Positions 1-10,049 of a DNA stretch of 64,000 nucleotides are shown in pieces (the first letter of the stretch is position 1; every line of letters starts with the position of its first letter). Below the pieces are notes generated by a model. That model searched no databases, was not told the origin of the DNA, and was given only the letters and a program-made list of their open reading frames with translations. The translations under genes and the position numbers were made by a program. The stretch is from Haplodiscus bocki (lineage: Eukaryota). The stretch lies in assembly GCA_965655095.1 (NCBI GenBank), contig OZ296656.1, positions 39,804,001-39,868,000 on the forward strand, read 5' to 3'.

Positions 1-27
1 TCTGAAAGCGGTCGTGAAAAAAACCCC

Positions 28-379
28 TGCAAAAAAGCGAGCTGCAAAAACTTCTGCGAGAGAGCGTGCCGAAAAAGCCACTGCGAAGAAGCGCAGAGGA
101 AAAGCTCCTGGGTATGAGCCGATCGATATCTCCACTGCGAAAGAGTGCCAGGGAAAACAGCCGCACGAAAGAGAGCACGGTAAAAGCTGCGCGAAAAGGT
201 CCACGGGAAAAGCACATACCAAAAAGAGCACGAAAAAAGACCCTACCAAACAGTGCAGGTAAAAAGTTCCTGCAGAGAATTGCACAGACGAAACCCTTGC
301 GAAAGAGCGCACAAAAAAAGCCCCCCGCAAAAGCTTTCATTGAAGTCTCCCCTGCAAAAAATTGCACGGAGGAAGACCC
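28..379 (+). repeat. Example run of the basic ~27-bp monomer (consensus ~TGCGAAAGAGCGCACGGAAAAAGCCCC)
   Basis: Monomer starts at 28, 55, 82, 109, 136, 164, 190, 217, 244, 271, 298, 326, 353, mostly 27 bp apart (range 26-28). Examples: TGCGAGAGAGCGTGCCGAAAAAGCCAC, TGCGAAGAAGCGCAGAGGAAAAGCTCC, TGCGAAAGAGCGCACAAAAAAAGCCCCC. Confidence 0.9.
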
Positions 380-799
380 GGAAAAAATTGAACCAAAAAT
401 CCACCCCCCAGAGAGAACACTGTAAACGACCTCGCGAAAGAGTCCATGGAAACCGTCCATGCGGAAGTTTGCACGGAAGGTGCACCGGGGAATAACCCAT
501 GGGGAAAGCCCTGCAAAAGAGCGTGCCGAAAAAGCTTTGCGAAAGAAGGCGCGGAAAAGAGGCCTTGCACAAAAGCGCAAGGCAAAAACGCCTGCGATAA
601 GGCGCCAGCAAAATTGATCTGCCGGAAAGCGCACGGAATAAAGCACTAAGTAAAACGCACGAAGAAGCTCCTGGGAAAGAGGGCACGCAAAAAACCACTC
701 CAAAAAAGCGCACGGATAAAGCTACTGAGGATGAGCCCATGGATACCTCCGTTGCGAAAGTAAGCCCGGGGAAACAGCCTCGCAAGAGATAGCACGGAA

Positions 800-2035
800 A
801 AAGCCCCCGCAAAAAACCCCTTGTCAGTTGTTCATGCGAAAAAGTTCACGGAAGATATCCCCAAGAAAGAGCCCATGGTAAACGCCCTGCGAAAAAACGT
901 ACCAAAAGAGCCCCAGCGAAAGAGCCCAGGGAAGTCTCACATGCAAAAAGATGCACGGAGGAGGCCCCGGAAAAAATGCACCAAAAAGTTACCCTCCGGA
1001 TAGTGCACTGAAAACGATCCCGCGAAAAATTCGATTGAAACCGTCAATGCGAAAGATTGCAAAGGAGGTACCCCTTGGGAAAAAGCCCAAGGGAAAAATC
1101 GTGCTAAAGAGCGCACACAGAATGGTTCTGTGGAAAAGTGCACGGGAGCAACCCTAAAAAAACGCACTGAAAAAACCATTGCCAAAGAGCGCACGGAAAT
1201 GTGCCCTGCAAAGAAACGCACGCAAAAAGTTCAGGGGGATGAGCCCATGGATATCTCCGCTGCGAAAGACTGCACGGTAAAACACGCCCCAAGAAGAGCA
1301 GAAAAAAATTCCCCCGCAAAAAAACCCACGGTAAAACCACTTGCGAAAAAGTGCACGAAAAAAACCCCTACGAAACAGAGCAGATAATATGTTCCTGCGA
1401 AAGAGCGCAGGAAAAAAAGCCCCCGCAAAAAACCCCTTGTAATTTGTCCATGCGAGACAGTTCACGGAAGATATCCCCAAGAAAGAGCCCATCGTAAACG
1501 CTCTGCGAAAAAACGTACCAAAAAAGCCCCAGCGAAAGAGCCAAAGAAAGTCTCACATGCAACAACATGCACGGAGGAGGCCCCGGAAAAAATGCACCAA
1601 AAAGTTACCCTCCGGATCGTGCACTGAAAAGGATCCTGCGAAAAATTCGATTGAAACCGTCCATGTGAAAGGTTGCAAAGGAGGTACCCCTTGGGAAAAA
1701 ACGCAAGGGAAAAATCATGCTAAAGGGCGCACACGGAATGGTTCTGTGGATAAGTGCACGGGAGCAACCCTAAAAAAACGCACTGAAAAAACCACTGCAA
1801 AAGAGCGCACGGAAATGTGCTCTGCAAAGAAACGCACGCAAAAAGTTCAGAGGGATGAGCCCATGGATATCTCCACTGCGAAAGACTGCACGGTAAAACA
1901 CGCCCCAAGAAGAGCAGAAAAAAATCCCCCCCCGCAAAAAAAACCCACGGTAAAACCACTTACGAAAAAGTGCACGAAAAGAACCCCCACGAAAGAGAGC
2001 AGATGAAATGATCCTGCGAAAGACCGCTGGAAAAA
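800..2035 (+). repeat. Internal ~617-bp tandem duplication giving the single 1957-bp unit
   Basis: At ~1418 the sequence jumps back to AGCCCCCGCAAAAAACCCCTTGT, also seen at ~802. Landmark spacing 446->2403 is 1957 bp = ~1339 + ~618. Confidence 0.9.
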
Positions 2036-5000
2036 AAAACCCTTGCAAAAAAGTTTCGGAAAAAACTCAGCGATAAAGCGCACGGAAAGAGGCACTGCTA
2101 ATTATCGTTCGGAAATACCCCCCACGAAGGAGCTTATGGATATCTCCCTTGCAGAAAAGTGCAGGATAAAAGCTCCACATGAGAGAGTGTAAAAAGACAC
2201 TACCAAACAGTGCAGCTAAAAAGTTCCTGCAGAGAATTGCACAGACGAAACCCTTGCGAAAGAGCGCACAAAAAAAGCCTCCCGCAAATGCTCCCATTGA
2301 AGTCTCCCCTGCAAAAAATTGCACGGAGAAAGACCAGTAAAAAATTGAACCAAAAATCCAACCCGCAGAGAGAACACTGTAAACGACCTCGCGAAAGAGT
2401 CCATGGAAACTGTCCATGCGGAAGTTTGCACGGAAGATGCACCGGGGAATAACCCATGGGGAAAGCCCTGCAAAAGAGCGTGCCGAAAAAGCTTCGCGAA
2501 AGAAGGCGCGGAAAAGAGGCCCTGCACAAAAGCGCAAGGCAAAAACGCCTGCGATAAGGCGCCAGCAAAATTGATCTGCCGGAAAGCGCAGGGAATAAAG
2601 CACTAAGTAAAACGCACGAAGAAGCTCCTGGGAAAGAGGGCACGCAAAAAACCACTCCAAAGAAGCGCACGGATAAAGCTACTGCCGATGAGCCCATGGA
2701 TACTTCCGTTGCGAAAGAAAGCCCGGGGAAACAGCCTCTCAACAGATAGCACGGAAAAAGCCCCCGCAAAAAACCCCTTGTAGGTTGCCCATGCGAAACA
2801 GTTCACGGAAGGTATCCCCAAGAAAGAGCCCATGGTAAACGCCCTGCGAAAAAACGTACCAAGAAAGCCCCAGTGAAAGAGCCCAGGGAAGTCTCACATG
2901 CAACAATATGCACGGAGGAGGCCCCGGAAAAAATGCACCAAAAAGTTACCCTCCGGATAGTGCACTGAAAAGGATCCTGCGAAAAATTCGATTGAAACCG
3001 TCCACGTGAAAGATTGCAAAGGAGGTACCCCTTGGGAAAAAACGCAAGGGAAAAATCATGCTAAAGAGCGCACACGGAATGGTTCTGTGGAAAGGTGCAC
3101 GGGAGCAACCCTAAAAAAACGCACTGAAAAAACCAGTGCAAAAGAGCGCACAGAAAAGTGCTCTGCAAAGAAACGCACGCAAAAAGTTCAGAGGGATGAG
3201 CCCATGGATATCTCCACTGCGAAAGACTGCACGGTAAAACACGCCCCAAGAAGAGCAGAAAAAAATCCCCCCCCGCAAAAAAAACCCACGGTAAAACCAC
3301 TTACGAAAAAGTGCACGAAAAAAACCCCTACGAAAGAGAGCAGATGAAATAATCCTGCGAAAGAGCGCAGGGAAAAAAACCCTTGCAAAAAAGTCTCGGA
3401 AAAAACTCAGCGATAAACCGCACGGAAAGAGGCACTGCTAATTATCGTTCGGAAATAGCCCCCACGAAGGAGCTTATGGATATCTCCCTTGCAGAAAAGT
3501 GCAGGATAAAAGCTCCACATGAGAGAGTGTAAAAAGACCCTACCAAACAGTGCAGGTAAAAAGTTCCTGCAGAGAATTGCACAGACGAAACCCTTGCGAA
3601 AGAGCGCACAAAAAAGCCCCCCGCAAATGCTCCCATTGAAGCCTCCCCTGCAAAAAATTGCACGGAGAAAGACCCGGAAATAATTGAACCAAAAATCCAC
3701 CCCCCAGAGGTAACACTGTAAACGACCTCGCGAAAGAGTCCATGGAAACCGTCCATGCGGAAGTTCGCACGGAAGATGCACCGGGGAATAACCCATGGGG
3801 AAAGCCCTGCAAAAGAGCGTGCCGAAAAAACTTTGCGAAAGAAGGCGCGGAAAAGAGGCCCTGCACAAAAGCGCAAGGCAAAAACGCCTGCGATAAGGCG
3901 CCAGCAAAATTGATCTGCCGGAAAACGCACGGAATAAAGCACTAAGTAAAACGCACGAAGAAGCTCCTGGGAAAGAGGGCACGGAAAAAACCACTCCAAA
4001 GAAGCGCACGGATAAAGCTACTGAAGATGAGCCCATGGATACCTCCGTTGCGAAAGAAAGCCCGGGGAAACAGCCTCGCAACAGATGGCACGGAAAAAGC
4101 CCCCGCAAAAACCCCTTGTAAGTTGCCCATGCGAAACAGTTCACGGAAGATATCCCCAAGAAAGAGCCCATGGTAAACGCCCTGCGAAAAAAAGTACCAA
4201 AAAAGCCCCAGCGAAAGAACCCAGGGAAGTCTCACATGCAACAATATGCACGGAGGAGGCCCCGGAAAAAATGCACCAAAAAGTTACCCTCCCGATCGTG
4301 CACTGAAAAGGATCCTGCGAAAAATTCGATTGAAACCGTCCACGTGAAAGATTGCAAAGGAGGTACCCCTTGGGAAAAAGCGCAAGGGAAAAATCATGCT
4401 AAAGAGCGCACACAGAATGGTTCTGTGGAAAAGTGCACGGGAGCAACCCTAAAAAACGCGCTGGAAAAACCACTGCAAAAGAGCGAACGAAAATATGCCC
4501 TGCAAAGAAACGCACCCAAAAACTTCAGAGGGATGAGCCCATGGATATCTCCACTGCGAAAGACTGCACGGTAAAACACGCCTCAAGAAAGCAGAAAAAA
4601 GTCCCCCCCGCAAAAAAAACCCACGATAAAACAACTTACGAAAAAGTGCACGAAAAAAACCCCTACGAAAGAGAGCAGATGAAATAATCCTGCGAAAGAG
4701 CGCAGGGAAAAAAACCCTTGCAAAAAAGTCTCGGAAAAAACTCAGCGATAAACCGCACGGAAAGAGGCACTGCTAATTATCGTTCGGAAATAGCCCCCAC
4801 GAAGGAGCTTATGGATATCTCCCTTGCAGAAAAGTGCAGGATAAAAGCTCCACATGAGAGAGTGTAAAAAGACCCTACCAAACAGTGCAGGTAAAAAGTT
4901 CCTGCAGAGAATTGCACAGACGAAACCCTTGCGAAAGAGCGCACAAAAAAAGCCCCCCGCAAATGCTCCCATTGAAGTCTCCCCTGCAAAAAATTGCACG

Positions 5001-8000
5001 GAGAAAGACCCGGAAAAAATTGAACCAAAAATCCACCCCCAGAGGGAACACTGTAAACGACCTCGCGAAAGAGTCCATGGAAACCGTCCATGCGGAAGTT
5101 CGCACGGAAGATGCACCGGGGAATAACCCATGGGGAAAGCCCTGCAAAAGAGCGTGCCGAAAAAGCTTTGCGAAAGAAGGCGCGGAAAAGAGGCCCTGCA
5201 CAAAAGCGCAAGGCAAAAACGCCTGCGATAAGGCGCCAGCAAAATTGATCTGCCGGAAACCGCACGGAATAAAGCACTAAGTAAACGCACGAAGAAGCTC
5301 CTGGGAGAAAGGGCACGCAAAAAACCACTCCAAAGAAGCGCACGGATAAAGCTACTGAAGATGAGCCCATGGATACCTCCGTTGCGAAAGAAAGCCCGGG
5401 GAAACAGCCTCGCAACAGATGGCACGGAAAAAGCCCCCGCAAAAAACCCCTTGTAAGTTGCCCATGCGAAACAGTTCACGGAAGATATCCCCAAGAAAGA
5501 GCCCATGGTAAACGCCCTGCGAAAAAAAGTACCAAAAAAGCCCCAGCGAAAGAACCCAGGGAAGTCTCACATGCAACAATATGCACGGAGGAGGCCCCGG
5601 AAAAAATGCACCAAAAAGTTACCCTCCCGATCGTGCACTGAAAAGGATCCTGCGAAAAATTCGATTGAAACCGTCCACGTGAAAGATTGCAAAGGAGGTA
5701 CCCCTTGGGAAAAAGCGCAAGGGAAAAATCATGCTAAAGAGCGCACACAGAATGGTTCTGTGGAAAAGTGCACGGGAGCAACCCTAAAAAACGCGCTGGA
5801 AAAACCACTGCAAAAGAGCGAACGAAAATATGCCCTGCAAAGAAACGCACCCAAAAACTTCAGAGGGATGAGCCCATGGATATCTCCACTGCGAAAGACT
5901 GCACGGTAAAACACGCCTCAAGAAAGCAGAAAAAAGTCCCCCCGCAAAAAAAAACCCACGATAAAACCACTTACGAAAAAGTGCACGAAAAAAACCCCTA
6001 CGACAGAGAGCAGATGAAATGATCCTGCGAAAGAGCGCAGGAAAGAAAACCCTTGCAAAAAAGTCTCGGAAAAAACTCAGCGATAAAGCGCACGGAAAGA
6101 GGCACTGCTAATTATCGTTCGGAAATAGCCCCCACGAAGGAGCTTATGGATATCTCCCTTGCAGAAAAGTGCAGGATAAAAGCTCCACATGAGAGAGTGT
6201 AAAAAGACCCTACCAAACAGTGCAGGTAAAAAGTTCCTGCAGAGAATTGCACAGACGAAACCCTTGCGAAAGAGCGCACAAAAAAAGCCCCACGCAAATG
6301 CTCCAATTGAAGTCTCCCCTGCAAAAAATTGCACGGAGAAAGACCCGGAAAAAATTGAACCAAAAATCCACCCCCCAGAGAGAACACTGTAAACGACCTC
6401 GCGAAAGAGTCCATGGAAACCGTCCATGCGAAAGTTTGCACGGAAGGTGCACCGGGGAATAACCCATGGGGAAAGCCCTGCAAAAGAGCGTGCCGAAAAA
6501 GCTTCGCGAAAGAAGGCGCGGAAAAGAGGCCCTGCACAAAAGCGCAAGGCAAAATCGCCTGCGATAAGGCGCCAGCAAAATTGATCTGCCGGAAACCGCA
6601 CGGAATAAAGCACTAAGTAAACGCACGAAGAAGCTCCTGGGAAAAAGGGCACGCAAAAAACCACTCCAAAGAAGCGCACGGATAAAGCTATTGAGGATGA
6701 GCCCATGGATACCTCCGTTGCAAAAGTAAGCCCGGGGAAACAGCCTCGCAACAGATAGCACGGAAAAAACCCCCGCAAAAAACCCCTTGCAGGTTGCCCA
6801 TGCGAAACAGTTCACGGAAGATATCCCCAAGAAAGAGCCCATGGTAAACGCCCTGCGAAAAAAAGTACCAAAAAAGCCCCAGCGAAAGAACCCAGGGAAG
6901 TCTCACATGCAACAATATGCACGGAGGAGGCCCCGAAAAAAATGCACCAAAAAGTTACCCTCCCGATCGTGCACTGAAAAGGATCCTGCGAAAAATTCGT
7001 TTGAAACCGTCCACGTGAAAGATTGCAAAGGAGGTACCCCTTGGGAAAAAGCGCAAGGGAAAAATCATGCTAAAGAGCGCACACGGAATGGTTCTGTGGA
7101 TAAGTGCACGGGAGCAACCCTAAAAAAACGCACTGAAAAAACCACTGCAAAAGAGCGCACGGAAATGTGCTCTGCAAAGAAACGCACGCAAAAAGTTCAG
7201 AGGGATGAGCCCATGGATATCTCCACTGCGAAAGAATGCACGGTAAAACACGCCCCAAGAAGAGCAGAAAAAAATCCCCCCCGCAAAAAAACCCACGGTA
7301 AAACCACTCACGAAAAATTGCACGAAAAAAACCCCTACGAAAGAGAGCAGATGAAATGATCCTGCGAAAGAGCGCAGGGAAAAAAACCCTTGCAAAAAAG
7401 TCTCGGAAAAAACTCAGCGATAAAGCGCACGGAAAGAGGCACTGCTAATTATCGTTCGGAAATAGCCCCCACGAAAAAGCTTATGAATATCTCCCTTGCA
7501 GAAAAGTGCAGGATAAAAGCTCCACATGAGAGAGTGTAAAAAGACCCTACCAAACAGTGCAGGTAAAAAGTTCCTGCAGAGAATTGCACAGACGAAACCC
7601 TTGCGAAAGAGCGCACAAAAAAAGCCCCCCGCAGATGCTCCCATTGAAGTCTCCCCTGCAAAAAATTGCACGGAGAAAGACCCGTAAAAAATTGAACCAA
7701 AAATCCACCCCCCAGAGAGAAAACTGTAAACGACCTCGCGAAAGAGTCCATGGAAACTGTCCATGCGGAAGTTTGCACGGAAGATGCACCGGGGAATAAC
7801 CCATGGGGAAAGCCCTGCAAAAGAGCGTGCCGAAAAAGCTTTGCGAAAGAAGGCGCGGAAAAGAGGCCCTGCACAAAAGCGCAAGGCAAAAACGCCTGCG
7901 ATAAGGCGCCAGCAAAATTGATCTGCCGGAAAGCGCACGGAATAAAGCACTAAGTAAAACGCACGAAGAAGCTCCTGGGAAAGAGGGCACGCAAAAAACC

Positions 8001-10049
8001 ACTCCAAAGAGGCGCACGGATAAACCTACTGACGATGAGCCCATGGATACCTGCGTTGCGAAAGAAAGCCCGGGGAAACAGCCTCGCAACAGATAGCACG
8101 GAAAAAGCCCCCGCAAAAAACCCCTTGTAGGTCGCCCATGCGAAACAGTTCACGGAAGATATCCCCAGAAAAGAGCCCATGGTAAACGCCCTGCGAAAAA
8201 AAGTACCAAAAAAGCCCCAGCGAAAGAGCCCAGAGAAGTCTCACATGCAACAATATGCACGGAGGAGGCCCCGGAAAAAATGCACCAAAAAGTTACCCTC
8301 CCGATCGTGCACTGAAAAAGATCCTGCGAAAAATTCGATTGAAACCGTCCACGTGAAAGATTGCAAAGGAGGTACCCCTTGGGAAAAAGCGCAAGAGAAA
8401 AATCATGCTAAAGAGCGCACACGGAATGGTTCTGTGGATAAGTGCACGGGAGCAACCCTAAAAAAACGCACTGAAAAAACCACTGCAAAAGAGCGCACGG
8501 AAATGTGCTCTGCAAAGAAACGCACGCAAAAAGTTCAGAGGGATGAGCCCATGGATATCTCCACTGCGAAAGACTGCACGGTAAAACACGCCCCAAGAAG
8601 AGCAGAAAAAAATCCCCCCCCGCAAAAAAAAACCCACGGTAAAACCACTTACGAAAAGTGCACGAAAAAAACCCCCACGAAAGAGAGCAGATGAAATGAT
8701 CCTGCGAAAGAGCGCAGGGAAAAAAACCCTTGCAAAAAAGTCTCGGAAAAAACTCAGCGATAAACCGCACGGAAAGAGGCACTGCTAATTATCGTTCGGA
8801 AATAGCCCCCACGAAGGAGCTTATGGATATCTCCCTTGCAGAAAAGTGCAGGATAAAAGCTCCACATGAGAGAGTGTAAAAAGACCCTACCAAACAGTGC
8901 AGGTAAAAAGTTCCTGCAGAGAATTGCACAGACGAAACCTTTGCGAAAGAGCGCACAAAAAAAGCCCCCCGCAAATGCTCCCATTGAAGTCTCCCCTGCA
9001 AAAAATTGCACGGAGAAAGACCCGGAAAAAATTGAACCAAAAATCCACCCCCAGAGAGAACACTGTAAACGACCTCGCGAAAGAGTCCATGGAAACCGTC
9101 CATGCGGAAGTTTGCACTGAAGATGCACCGGGGAATAACCCATGGGGAAAGCCCTGCAAAAGGGCGTGCCGAAAAAGCTTTGCGAAAGAAGGCGCGGAAA
9201 AGAGGCCCTGCACAAAAGCGCAAGGCAAAAACGCCTGCGATAAGGCGCCAGCAAAATTGACCTGCCGGAAAACGCACGGAGGAAAGCACTAAAAAAAACA
9301 CACGAAGAAGCTCCTGGGAAAGAGGGCACGCAAAAAACCACTCCAAGGAAGCGCACGGAAAAAGCTCCTGAGGATGAGCCCAGAGATGCTTCCGTTGCGA
9401 AAGAAAGCCCGGGGAAACAGCCTCGCAACAGATAACACGGAAAAAGCCACCGCAAAAAAACCCCTTGTAAGTTGCCCATGCGAAACAGTTCACGGAATAT
9501 ATCCCCAAGAAAGAGCCCATGGTAAACGCCCTGCGAAAAAAAGTACCAAAAAAGCCCCAGCGAAAGAGCCCAGGGAAGTCTCACATGCAACAATATGCAC
9601 GGAGGAGGCCCCGGAAAAAATGCACCAAAAAGTTACCCTCCCGATCGTGCACTGAAAAGGATCCTGCGAAAAATTCGATTGAAACCGTCCACGTGAAAGA
9701 TTGCAAAGGAGGTACCCCTTGGGAAAAAGCGCAAGGGAAAAATCATGCTAAAGAGCGCTCACGGAATGGTTCTGTGGATAAGTGCACGGGAGCAACCCTA
9801 AAAAAACGCACTGAAAAAACCACTGCAAAAGAGCGCACGGAAATGTGCTCTGCAAAGAAACGCACGCAAAAAGTTCAGAGGGATGAGCCCATGGATATCT
9901 CCACTGCGAAAGACTGCACGGTAAAACACGCCCCAAGAAGAGCAGAAACCCCCCCCCCGCAAAAAAAACCCACGGTAAAACCACTTACGAAAAAGTGCAC
10001 GAAAAAAAACCCTACGAAAGAGAGCAGATGAAAGGATCCTGCGAAAGAG

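Noticed and set aside
28-379. CRISPR-like periodicity of ~27-bp repeats
   Set aside because: The monomers are contiguous and degenerate, with no unique spacers, leader or cas genes.
446-649. Recurrent 67-aa ORF METVHAEVC...KH in nearly every unit
   Set aside because: Its conservation matches that of the surrounding repeat. It has a premature stop in two copies (TGA at ~23167 and ~27639) and a GTG start at 17766, with no promoter or RBS evidence. I used it only as a landmark.
1072-1100. Hairpin next to an A/T tract as an intrinsic terminator
   Set aside because: No U-tract follows the stem on either strand (on the minus strand the T-run precedes it), and there is no upstream gene.
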